DNA from: Octopus sinensis
Taxonomy: Eukaryota
NCBI RefSeq assembly: GCF_006345805.1
Contig: NC_042998.1
Coordinates: 19,034,001 to 19,098,000, forward strand
Length of the DNA stretch: 64,000 nucleotides
Direction: 5' to 3'
Below, piece by piece: positions 26,632 to 38,577 of this stretch; positions within the stretch are counted from its first letter, which is position 1; the number at the start of each line of letters is the position of its first letter. A program made the translations under genes and the position numbers. The notes below the pieces were generated by a model, which was given only the letters and a program-made list of their open reading frames with translations, ran no database searches and was not told the origin of the DNA.

Positions 26632-26888
26632 ATTGCAGCGTGGAAGGTGGTTGTAAGCCATTTAAGAAAACACACAAAAGCCGTTCGATTCACTTCAACA
26701 TTTAAGTTTAATTTGTCAAAATATTTTCGTCGCTAAAGTCCGCGACCTGTTCACGGATTTTTGTCAGTGAACAGGTCGCGGATTTTAGCGACGAAAATAT
26801 TTTGACAAATTAAACTTAAATGTTGAATTGAATCGAACGGCTTTTGTGTGTTTCTTAAATGGCTTACAAACACCTTCCACGCTGCAAT
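26632..26888. repeat. Near-perfect hairpin, ~122 bp arms, 12 nt spacer
   Basis: 26632-26754 is the reverse complement of 26767-26888 with a few mismatches. Confidence 0.95.
26760..26809 (+). ncRNA. Minimal type I hammerhead ribozyme variant with G3-C8 core pair
   Basis: TTTGTCA (stem I) - GTGAACA (core 3-9) - G - GTCGC ggatttta GCGAC (stem II) - GAAAA TA TT T (stem III, UUU triplet) - TGACAAA (stem I). 7 bp stem I and 5 bp stem II are perfect. Confidence 0.65.
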
Positions 26889-27589
26889 AGTTTTCGTTTC
26901 AGCACACGATCTCAGATCAAATCACTTGCTATGCGAGTACATCTCCGTATATATATATATATATGGCATTAACTGGTCGAAACTTTCAAATCTCTATCAA
27001 TGATATTCTTTTGTAAGAATGAAGAAAATTGGTCTCTACAAAAGAATACAGAAACCCAACAGATTAATGAAAAATTGTGTACATTTTCTAACTAGCCATA
27101 AAAGGAAATATTAACACACACTCAAACACACAGAAGCGCGCACACGAACTAACGTACGCCTAGACACATGTATGTGTTCGTGGGTGTGCGCGAGTATGTA
27201 TGTTCCTGTTTTTAAAAACAGATACATGCAATAATTTTATTTGATTTTGTGTGTAGCAAAGTGTATCATGATTGGCTGAAATTTTGCTTACGAAACTATG
27301 TGCGTTATTTTGTACAATATAATCCATTTACCTATTCAGAATCCTCTTTTGTACCTTAAATATTCTATACATATCATTCTGAATAGGCAGTAAAAAGTGA
27401 ATAACCTTTATTCTCCGTGGCCATAGCTGGTCTTCTAACGACAGGTTTAGCTTCCGTGTGTTAAGTTTTCCAAAAGGTGGAAAAGCGTTGTAATGTGATA
27501 TACACACAAAGAAGGAAGCAACGCAGATGCTTAAAGTTACAAGCCTATCTCTCTAATATTACAAAGGGACGTTTCTTCAAACATGCAGC

Positions 27590-27735
27590 TCAGGATCGTG
27601 CAGAGAGGAGCTGCTTCACACAGCTGCTACAACCTTACGAAATCCTACTGAAATGCCAGCTCAAATACTCAACCATCATATATCTCACGTTTTCCGATGC
27701 ATTCGATACAGTTGCTCGTAGGATGATATGTAATC
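27590..27735 (+). mobile_element. CR1/L2-type reverse transcriptase scrap
   Basis: ERSCFTQLLQPYEILL..IIYLTFSDAFDTV resembles GRSCLTQLL..YD....VIYLDFAKAFDKV. Confidence 0.6.
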
Positions 27736-28096
27736 CAATATAATTGGTGGGCGTTATATATATTTGATATGATTTTAAAGGGGATATCAGTCAAATTGAA
27801 GAAGGTTTCTTGACTACAGATCCTGGGAGTAACTAAATTCAATAGTATTTAAAAGTTGAAGACAGGCGACCGTCTTTGTGGGATTCTACAGAATACAGGT
27901 GGCCTCTGAATAAACAAAAGAATTCTCGTAGCATCACGAAATTGCCCAACTGAAGCCCATCTTGTAGAAACAATTCCATACCCATTTTACCCACTCTAGA
28001 TTCCTGAGGCAATATATTTGTTCTATGAGCCTATAAATGTAAAAGTTGATTAGATCTGCATCTTACTGTTATTAAATGTATATATATATATAACAA

Positions 28097-28570
28097 GGCG
28101 GCGAGCTGGCAGACACGTTAGCGCGCCGGGCGGAATGCTTAGCGGTATTTCGTCCGTCGTTACGTTCTGAGTTCAAATTCCGCCGAGGTCGACTTTGCCT
28201 TTCATCCTTTCGGGGTCGATAAATAAATGTACCAGTTTCGCACTGGGGTCGATGTAATCGACTTAATCCGTTTGTCTGTCCTTGTTTGTCCTCTCTATGT
28301 TTAGCCCCTTGTGGGTAAGAAAGAAATATATATATAACAAGGCGGCGAACTGGCAGAAACGTTAGCACGCCGGGCGAAATGCGTAACCGTATTTCGTCTG
28401 CCGTTACGTTCTGGGTTCAAATTCCGCCGTGGTCGACTTTGCCTTTCATCCTTTCGGGGTCAATAAATTAAGTACCATTTACGCACTGGGGTCGATGTAA
28501 TTGACTTAATCCGTTTGTCTGTCCTCGTTTGTCCCCTCTGCGTTTAGCCCCTTGTGGGTAGTAAAGAAAT
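28097..28570 (+). mobile_element. Two SINE F1 copies in tandem (28097-28327, 28341-28570)
   Basis: Both are preceded by TATATATATAACAA; the copies differ at multiple positions. Confidence 0.9.
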
Positions 28571-28643
28571 AAATATATATATATATATACATATACATAC
28601 ATACATGCATACATACATACATACATACATACATACATACATG

Positions 28644-28675
<32 letters not shown>

Positions 28676-28944
28676 CTCATTCATACATAGATACACGTAT
28701 GTGTGTAAATGTGTGCGTTTGTTTGTATGTATTTAATAGGATGATAAGAATGGCGAATCGTAAATACTACTTGTTAGATTTATAGCTTACTTTTGTCTGT
28801 TACTTGTTTAAATAAAAGTGCGACCGTTTTTATACACAGTGTCGCAGTCCAAAACTGGTTTTTAAACGGTGAGCAGGGAGAAACGTAAAACACAAACACA
28901 GAGTTACATCTCTCCATCCAGCTATACATACATGTGTGTACATA

Positions 28945-29129
28945 TAGTTCTATATATGAGATGAGGAATTATGCACATTATTTACATTATTTAACATTTG
29001 ACGGATATTTGTCCTCATCTTATTTCTTGTTAACACAACGTTTCGGCTGATATACCCTCCACCCTTCAAGATGTGTCTTTGGGAAATTTCGAACCTATAT
29101 TATCATTCCTAAGGTATTTTTCGATGTAA

Positions 29130-29164
<35 letters not shown>

Positions 29165-29230
29165 TCACAGCCTAGAATCGAACTCGGAATCTTGCCGTTA
29201 GTAGTTCGCGCTCTTAACCACTACGCCGTG
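28945..29230 (-). mobile_element. Short repeat with tRNA-like head, (AAT)n and decayed hammerhead-like motif
   Basis: Minus strand: GGCGTAGTGGTTAAG (A box) .. GAGTTCGATTC (B box) .. (AAT)n .. GACAC-atcttga-agggtggagggtatatcagcc-GAAAC-GTT-GTGTT. A related 3' fragment lies at ~2445-2570. Confidence 0.6.
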
Positions 29231-29508
29231 GGCAATTATGGAGTGAATTTTAGGGCTTATAAATCTAATATTTTCCTATCCTTCCTTAATACCGGTCCCC
29301 ATATACTGTTCATATCTGCACTAGATCTGCTTAGGAGGTTATCATCCCACAAGGCTTAGTGGTCTCCATTTTCCCATACACGATCAGCTATACTCGATTT
29401 ATCAATATCTCTTCGTGTCACAGCTTTGCAATGTTACCCTACCATTATTTTGAGGAGGCGTTATGTTTCGCCTTTGTACATATATATATATATGCATACG
29501 TGCGCACG

Positions 29509-29552
<44 letters not shown>

Positions 29553-29673
29553 TATTAATCAGCCGAAATTGCGAGGATGATCCGGTTCTTGACTGAAGAT
29601 TGAAGGCTTCGAATGTCCCGTCCGTGTTTTTTGTATCGTCTTCTAAATGTTTTGCATTCTTGTCCTAGTTTGT

Positions 29674-29721
<48 letters not shown>

Positions 29722-30244
29722 ATTATTTGTAGGATACATTTTCATGAAGATATTGTAATGTTAACGAGACTAAGCGAGTGTCGAGATCCAAACGTCCGTA
29801 TGTATACGCCAGCAATTACTCATGCACAACGGTATGCAGATCAACGATCCAAAGTATGTTCCAGACCCAGCATAGGGAATGTTCAATGTGGGGTATTTTC
29901 ATACAGAAAGAAAACATTTCGGTTAAGATTCGTTACATTTCTTTCTGAATTTTTTTTTTTTGTTGAAAAAACAGTCGGTTATATCATGGAAAAAAAAAAC
30001 ATTTACTCAGGAGGGAAAACTAACAAAGACGTGCAACGTGGATTGACTCTCTCATTTCCGGAACAATGAAGAGAATAAAGAGATACGGAGGCTTATCCAG
30101 ATTTATATGTGATTTTATATGTGTAAAACTATCAACAGACGATGCCACACGAAATTATCTCCTTAAATAGTTTGCCATAGATAAAGAACAAGAGGAAGAC
30201 AGAAAGAAATAATCAGGAAGATATATATATATGGTGGTATATCT

Positions 30245-30286
<42 letters not shown>

Positions 30287-30380
30287 TAATCCAAACAAGA
30301 AAACAAAAAAACACAACAACGCAAGGAGGTGGAGCAAATACAGTATTATTGGACGCTCAGGAAAGAAGGGAAGAAGGAGG

Positions 30381-30415
30381 GTTTAACGTTTCGAGCGGAG
30401 CTCTTCGTCGGAAAC
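30381..30415 (-). ncRNA. Ultra-minimal hammerhead-like motif, U4C core variant
   Basis: Minus strand: GTTT-CCGACGA-A-GAGC tcc GCTC-GAAAC-GTT-AAAC. Confidence 0.5.
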
Positions 30416-30529
30416 ATAGGAGTAGGAAAGATCCCGAGAAGGGAAGACAGAGGAAAATAAAAAAAATCGCCGGTGGTACTCATGAGGTCACATTCGAGGT
30501 CACATCTATATATACATATAGATAGATAG

Positions 30530-30540
30530 ATAGTTACCTG

Positions 30541-30614
<74 letters not shown>

Positions 30615-30620
30615 AAGATA
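30530..30620 (+). repeat. (GATA)n microsatellite
   Basis: Direct reading of the sequence. Confidence 0.95.
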
Positions 30621-31140
30621 GATACACAATAATAACTCTATTAAATATATCATGAAATGTATACGCTGATTTAAAGCGACATTTATCTAAACAATTGACT
30701 GGAAAATGACGATGCAACCTAGGCCAGGTTCGATCCCACAAACCAGCGCTTACACGGAATATTGCGAAACCGTTTGGGCTAACTTTCGTTGTCGCTCTTT
30801 CCCCGTAAATTACAAATTGTTTACATCATTATATGTAGTATTAGACAATTACGTAGTTATACATATAATTAGCTGAATTTGATGGGTGAGCGTGTTGGTC
30901 GAGTTGGATGCGCAAGGAGCCGTATAAGCCTTGTTTGTTGGGTTCGATTCTGGCCTGTGTTAGCTTGTCATTTTTCAGTCAATTGTTTGGGTAAACGTCA
31001 CTTTACGTCGGAGTATATATATATTATTATTATCATTATGGTATAGTATAGTTCCTGAGTAAAAATATTTTATAGTCGCTCTTTATCTGTAGCTTACATA
31101 GCTGTCTTCCAGCAGGTTTTTTTAAAATAGATTAATGAGT

Positions 31141-31549
31141 GGCGCAGGAGTGGCTGTGTGGTAAGTAGCTTGCTAACCAACCACATGGTTCCAGGTTCAG
31201 TCCCACTGCGTGGCATCTTGGGCAAGTATCTTCTGGTATAGCCCCGGGCCGACCAATGCCTTGTGAGTGGATTTGGTAGACGGAAACTGAAAGAAGCCCA
31301 TCGTGTGTGTGTGTGTATATATATATATATATGTGTGTGTGTTTGCGTGTCTGTGTTTGTCCCCCTAGCATTGCTTGACAACCGATGCTGGTGTGTTTAC
31401 GTCCCCGTCACTTAGCGTTTCGGCAAAAGAGACCGATAGAATAAGTACTGGGCTTACAAAGAATAAGTGCCGGGGTCGATTTGCTCGACTAAAGGCGGTG
31501 CTCCAGCATGGCCGCAGTCGAATGACTGAAACAAGTAAAAGAGTAAAAG
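31141..31549 (+). mobile_element. SINE family F2
   Basis: Full head-to-tail match to 47050-47458. Confidence 0.9.
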
Positions 31550-32324
31550 ATTACATAACATTATAACTAAACAACCGCTTTCTTCCGATTATACATAACA
31601 TTTGAAACAGCCCAAGAACAACTCAATAGGCAAACCAAACCTGATTGCAGCCAAGGCTGGATTGGAATGCGAGGGGAAAAAAAAAGCAAAGAAAAGATAA
31701 GACTAAGAGGTTAGTTAGTTAGTAGGGAGTGTAAAAGATTTATAGACAAGAGGGCAGTTAGTGAGCATGTTAGGGGTAGGGGAGAGAAAAAGCCAGGCTG
31801 TCTGGTTCGTTATCACATCTTGCAAGATAATGTTTGAGTTAATTATATATGTATGTATCTCATTGCTATTCATTTTACTTTATTTTATGCCAGTTTTAAT
31901 GTACTAAGATTTTAGATGGGGATGAAATAAAGATAAAGAACACTTAAGGCAATTAAGCATTCAAAAATAAGGTAACGAAAATTTATTTTAAATTGAAGAG
32001 AAAGAGTAAGTACTTAATTAGGAGTTTGGGGTTATAACGGGAGTTGGTGGCGACAGTAATGAGAGTGGGAGATAATATTACCTAAATCGTATAGGTGAGA
32101 GTGTATTAATTACGAAAGTATAGATATAGAAGAAATAATGATTCATAATAACCGACGGCAATATTAAGAATCTTGCATCAACTATTAGGATGCTTAGAGG
32201 TAGTTGTACACTAAACAATACAGAATTAATACACGGCGATAATACAATGATATAAAGCAGATTAAGTAGTTTGTGAGAACTTTGATAATTAAAACTAATA
32301 ATGAAGGAAAGATACCAATAGAAA

Positions 32325-32708
32325 TCTTTATATATAAAAGTAAGGTTGTGTGTCTGTCTCCTACGATTTAGATTCCTAACTACTCCCACATTTTGCGGTG
32401 CAGTGTAACCAAAAGCGGGTATCTTATAGTCGTGATTCATATCGAGCCCTTCTGGGTATTAGCGCGCGTCTACGATGAGTCTACGATCTAAAAAATAATT
32501 ACCATAATTTTTTCCCATTTTTAATGCATTTTTTTGCTATTATATATGGGAAGTAACTCTCTAAAAATGTATTATTAAATCTCAGAACGTAAAAAGCTAC
32601 AGTAACACGCCACTTTGTGGTTAGCCATATTGAGATGGCTATTATACTTTACATCTCTAAAAATGCTTATATAGTTATTTCCCTTACAAACCCGGGCAAC
32701 GGGTATTA
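32325..32708 (+). mobile_element. Non-autonomous Helitron-like element
   Basis: Starts A^TCTTTATATATAAAAG..GTGTGTCTGTCT (Helitron-like 5' TC end) and ends near the hairpin ACCCGGGCAACGGGT; the terminal CTAG is not seen. Confidence 0.5.
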
Positions 32709-32816
32709 ACAAATACAATTATACCCAAAATATTTATATATACTTAAAAGGAAGAATTATAAAATTAGTCTGTCTATTCATCTCTGTCTGTCTCTCTCTG
32801 TCTCTCTCTCTCTCTC

Positions 32817-32860
<44 letters not shown>

Positions 32861-32867
<7 letters not shown>

Positions 32868-33202
32868 TTATAATAAAGGGTTAATTGCAACAAGTTGCTC
32901 AAAACCACATACCGAAAATGTTAGAAATAGCAGCCAAATTGATCACTATTTCTACTACTAGTAAAAACGGAAATGAACTTTTGGTTCTAATATAGAAACA
33001 ATTTCGTCTATAATTAATCCAATAGGCTGGGATTTCGTTGTTTTCTTTCTCTTTACCATATACGTGTTGCAAATTCTGTTTGTTTGTGGAGACTTTTTTT
33101 ACTAGTAGTAGAAATAGTGATCTATTTGGCTGCTATTTCTAATATTTTCGGTATGTGGTTTTGAGCAACTTGTTGCAATTAACCCTTTATTATAATTAAT
33201 AT
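32861..33202. repeat. Inverted repeat, ~106 bp arms, next to (TA)n
   Basis: 32861-32967 vs 33096-33202; same repeat family as 6445-6500 and ~24110-24165. Confidence 0.9.
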
Positions 33203-33359
33203 AATTCTTACCAAATATGGTATTTTCCATACCGATAAAACTACTAGGTGAAATTTATTAATTTTATTAAATTAATTATATTTCACCCATTTTGTATATT
33301 GAATTATATATATATAAAGACCAAAGATAACGTACGTTGAGATATATATATATACATAC

Positions 33360-33395
<36 letters not shown>

Positions 33396-33416
33396 ATATA
33401 TATATGTATATATATA

Positions 33417-33446
<30 letters not shown>

Positions 33447-33455
<9 letters not shown>

Positions 33456-34051
33456 GAGGGTACTACTATTCATAGGTACCGCACGCTAGGAAGGACTTTT
33501 ACAGTTAAAACTACTAAAATAAACAAATTTTACCGAATGCAAAACTTCAAAGCGAGTTATTTAAAAACAGAATTTAATTACATATCACCTGTGATTTCGC
33601 AATCAATGCAGAATATGCATTCTATGCTCTTCAGTGCAACGAACTCAAGACATGTAAGAAAAAACACAACATCACATACCCGACAACCAACCGTAGAATT
33701 CGCTGCAGCCTGTACGAATGTTTATCTTTACATATCTATGAAAATGGCGGGCTTTTTCGCAATGCATTTCGGTAACAACTTGCCTACTCGGAACAAAAAT
33801 TCAGTATTGAACTATTCCGGTGAAAAATATAAATTTTAAAATAGGATAAAATCTTTCTAAGAAATTATCAAGTAGCTAGCGTGAAAAACCTCGTAAGAGA
33901 AAAATCAGTAAATTTTTTCAACTTTGAAAATACTTATTTATATTATATAGAGGGTACTATTATTCATAGGTACCGCACGCTAGGAGGGGCTTTTACAGTC
34001 AAAACTACTAAAATAAACAAATTGTACCGAATGCAAAACTTCAAAGCGAGT
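33447..34051 (+). repeat. Direct repeat of ~110 bp at ~494 bp spacing
   Basis: 33447-33557 matches 33941-34051. Confidence 0.9.
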
Positions 34052-34052
34052 C

Positions 34053-34124
<72 letters not shown>

Positions 34125-34126
34125 AC

Positions 34127-34340
34127 AAAATTCTAATGCCAAATATGCCGAAAAAAGACAAAATTGTCAATAACCATTATAATTTATGCGTCTCGAAACA
34201 AACCGATAGAAATTTCTAAAAAATCCGTTATTACCGTATTGGTCCCAATTTCGGGGTTAATTCATAAGAATTTTCCCTATAAATTATAATGGTTATTGAC
34301 AATTTTGTCTTTTTTTCGGCATATTTGGCATTAGAATTTT
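34127..34340. repeat. Inverted repeat, ~61 bp arms, next to (TA)n
   Basis: 34127-34187 vs 34279-34340. Confidence 0.9.
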
Positions 34341-35586
34341 TCTTTTGTCCTTATTTTGTAAATTATTTTATAAATTTAACCTTTAAAGGTATTTTTTGAT
34401 ATGCTGGGCATTGATAAAAATTATTTCCCGAAAAGAATTTTATCCTACATTAGTTATATATATTATATATAACACACACACACGGACACATTTATATTAT
34501 ATATATATATATGTATGTATACAGCCGTGCCAACTTACCTAATGTACAATCAGGAAGACGAACATACACACACACACGCATGTTTGTTTTTATATTTACA
34601 ACATTATTTAATACAACCCAGAAATAACTAGTGCTTAATCTAAGTGTTGGTTAAATGATATAAATTAGCTGGAATTTCTGAAGATTTTTTTCTGCATGTG
34701 TACTTAACATAATGTTGGAGAAAGAATTCTTCAATGATAGTTTTCTTGCATTGTGGGTACATTTACCGATAAGGAATTACAATTTCTCAATGAAAGTTTA
34801 ACTAAGTACGAAACAGGAAAAGATTTCTGCTTTAGGCCTTATATTAAAGCATTATTATACAGGAAATATTTTCGACGTTTATGGTGATAGAGTTGTTTAG
34901 AATGCTATATTTTTGTCAGTGTTACTTTCAACTTTCGTGGTACATGATTTCATCTAAATGCCTCAATACTTCGGGAATGGTTGATATTATTTCTTTTGTA
35001 AATATCCCACTACGAAATTCTTTCCATCGTTTTTACGATTCTGTATTGACAGGCCATATCACTTCATGCGATTATAAATTACCATAAGCCTACTCTTCTT
35101 CTTAATGCTTACTAAGAAAAACCCATGATCAAATGCTGTATGTATCTAAACAGCAGTTGGAACGGCAACGTATATTCAATGCGTAGGTATGTGGAGATGC
35201 TGCCTTGTTAGAAACAAACGCAATCATTTCATCAAAAGAACACGAAGGAAATTAATTATCATATAACACTTCATTGACAAATTTTCCTAAATTTTCTCAA
35301 ATTTGATACAAGCTTTCGTTTCTCTGTTCATCAATAATCTTCCCATCTGGAACTTGAAAATTGGATGAAGTCTGCATGAAAGTGGGTGGCGGACTGTTTT
35401 CATCCATTTGAGCCTAGTCCATCACAATGGCTATCATGAAATTCACTTGACAAATAAATGATGCTTGTCCATCCAAGTGAAAACAAATGAAACTCACGAT
35501 GTAGAAGGAATTCACGTGAATATGTGTGTGTATCTGTGTCTGTGCCGTTGTGTGTGAGTGTTTGTGTGTATGTGTAAATATATATA

Positions 35587-35927
35587 GGCGCAGTAGTGGC
35601 TGTGTGGTAAGTAGCTTGCTAACCAACCACATGGTTCCGGGTTCAGTCCCTGGGCAAGTGTCTTCTGCTATAGCCCCGGGCTGACCAATGCCTTGTGAGT
35701 GAATTTGGTAGACGGAAACTGAAAGAAGCCTGTCGTATATATGTATATATATGTATGTGTGTGTGTGTCTGTGTTTGTCCCCCTAGCATTGTTTGACAAC
35801 CGATGCTGGTGTGTTTACGTCCCCGAGACTTAGCGGTTCGGCAAAAGAGACCGATAGAATAAGTACTGGGCTTACAAAGAATAAGTCCCGGGGTCGGTTG
35901 ACTGAAACAAGTAAAAGAGTAAAGAGT
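35587..35927 (+). mobile_element. SINE family F2 (small internal deletions)
   Basis: Shared head and tail with other F2 copies. Confidence 0.9.
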
Positions 35928-36269
35928 AATATATAATGAAAGAATACAGGGATTAAGTAATACAGAATAAAAATTTTTAAATTGATGTATATGAGAATAT
36001 ACGTGCATGTATCTTTCGCCACAGAAGCACGCCTTGGCGTTCTTGAGTTCTTCCTAGTTGTTGACAACAAAGAAAGGGCTTTACATATATATATCATATC
36101 ATTCAGATCATATCGTTCAGATTATTGGCGCTTTCTCCCATTCCAGTGGGGTTTTCGAAAATGTAATATATAAATAAATATCTATAAACATGAACCATCC
36201 GATCTTCTGATTACCTCATTTCTTCTAATATATAATACCTGTACATCATCTCCAAACCTTCCAATACAT

Positions 36270-36650
36270 ATATGTGGATGTACATGACATCAGAATGGAT
36301 GGACTAATATCAGATCCACAAACAGAAGATACCAAAAATACAGAAAATATTGAAAAGAATGGAACAGAACCAGACCCCAAACAGGCTTATACCAAACACG
36401 CAGAAGACCTAACACAAATCTGCCAAATATGCAATGCCGAAATAAACAAGACAGAAGCACATCTTCAACAGGGAAATACCAGAAGCATGGATGATCTATT
36501 CACAGAAACCTGTAATAACAGCCGTCCCATCAGCACACATACCACACCCCACCACAAAGCACAATCACTCCGTTGATGAGCCCGCAGATGATCTTTAAGA
36601 CCGACCGCTGACTGAGAGGGCTTAAAACACAAGTAACAGATATTATGTTT
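36270..36650 (+). mobile_element. Decayed Penelope-like GIY-YIG endonuclease 3' remnant
   Basis: One frame gives RQKHIFNREIPEAW (36449-36490), resembling the PLE endonuclease C-terminal RE.LEAW motif; directly followed by a hammerhead motif. Confidence 0.45.
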
Positions 36651-36653
36651 TGA

Positions 36654-36707
36654 AACCACCTGAAGAATGTCTCATAGAAGTGCTGACACGAAACGATCGT
36701 AGTGGTT
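36654..36707 (+). ncRNA. Minimal type I hammerhead ribozyme
   Basis: AACCAC-CTGAAGA-A-TGTC(13 nt)GACA-C-GAAAC-GATC-GTA-GTGGTT: 6 bp stem I, canonical core, palindromic stem III loop, GUA triplet; A.C mismatch at the base of stem II. Confidence 0.8.
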
Positions 36708-37164
36708 ATATATGTATATATATATATGTATATATATATATGTATATATATATTTATTTATATGTATGTATGCGTGGATAGATACATACACACACGTGAG
36801 TGTGTGTATACTTGTGTGTGTGTGTGTGTTTGTATGTGTATATGTGCATGTGCACGACTATGTTTGTTTGTGTTTGTTGAAACACATACATGCAAACTTT
36901 TGTGAGAAGCAATAAATTTCATGATTGGCTGAAATCTTGGTGAAGAAATTTCGATTCATATGTCACTCTCTGATAGACAATATTCGTTTAGGTGTCGAAT
37001 CTTTGTTCTCCATATGCGTAGTTTTATTCTAAACACCTGCAGGGAAGCTATCGCAAAACCACTTCAGTGACTACCTCAGAGATACTTTCCATGAGGACGT
37101 TTCCCAAAATGCTGCAAGGCAATATAATATGACCACTCCCTGTAACAGTAGCCGAAGCACATAG

Positions 37165-37435
37165 TTAACATCATAGGCATATCTCCCTAACTTTACGAGT
37201 TAGCAACGTCATGGAACGCATTGTCAGAAGGAAGTTGATCACGTTACTACAAGAAAATAACTCGTTCACAATCATGCCATATAGGGACTGCCAAGGAGAA
37301 ACTATCCCACAGGAGCAACTACCGCATTGTTACTTGGCACTGTCATGACAGTTCAAGCACTCGAATGTGGATGTAATACATCTCGACTTTGGCAAAGCAA
37401 TCGACACAGTTGGTAATGGGGTGATATGTAACTAC
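37165..37435 (+). mobile_element. CR1/L2-type reverse transcriptase remnant
   Basis: HRHISLTLRVSNVMERIVRRKL..NVDVIHLDFGKAIDTV resembles YRPISLTS..K.MERIV..VIYLDFAKAFDKV. Confidence 0.75.
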
Positions 37436-38533
37436 GTTTGGGAGGAGATACATATATAACAATTTAAAAAGGATATTGGGAAAATTATAGATAGGAAAAC
37501 TGTATGTGTGTGTGTGCATGCATATATGGGTATAGGGCATCACCAACTGTGGCTTCCTTGTATATCACCACTGAGATATTTTAGTACCCAACTTTGACCC
37601 TCCAGAAATCCTAAATTTGATTTTGGAATTTATGGGAGCCGCTGTCTTTGAAGACTCATATTGTCGTCAAATGCTCGAAACGAGGATTAGATAGGCAGCC
37701 AACAACGGATGAAGGGTTGTTCTCTGTGTTTACGTGTCCTGTTTTCCAATTTCTTTCGTTGTGTGTGTATTTAACTCATTTCTTTTCGTATTTCATGATG
37801 ATTACACATAAATATATATATATATAAATATATATATATATGTGTGTGTGTGTATATGTATGCATGTGTGCATATATATATATATATGTATACATATATA
37901 TATATAAATACATATATATATATATTATATTATTTAATTGAAGGCCAGGCTGTCTTTTGCGGATAACTTAACCTCTTTGATGCGTCTCTACTCTATACTA
38001 CTTTCTTCATCCATCCTTCTCCCCTTTTCTCCCCTTCACCGTTTTCTGTCTGTCTGTCTCTCCCTTCCTTTGTATTTTGCTCTCTGTCGTTGCTCACACG
38101 TGAGCATCGTCCATCTTTCTTTTTCTCACGTGACCACCTTTCTTTTCCTGCAGGACCTTTCAAAGGACTGGACGTCTTTTTTCTCTCTCTTCTATGTTTC
38201 CTCTTTTCAACGGAAATATTTTTCCCTGCGTTCATTATTTTCCCCTCGTTCTGGTCTAACGACACTTAATGCTTGTTTTCGTTCTGTTTCCTTGTGTATT
38301 TGCATTGTCCTGTTTGTGTTCCCAACTTTGACCCTCCAGAAATTCTAAATATCATTTCGGAATTTATGGTAGCAACTGTCTTTCAAGGATCATATTGTGG
38401 TTGAATGGCGACAATAAGGAGTTGTTAGACAGTCGACAACGGATGAAGGGTCGCTCACTATGTTTACTTGTCCTGTTTTCCATTTTGTTCTCTCGTTGGT
38501 GACGTCTTATACCCATATATACATATATGTATG

Positions 38534-38577
<44 letters not shown>

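Noticed and set aside
30880-30960. tRNA-like A/B boxes
   Set aside because: No cloverleaf; at most a decayed SINE head.
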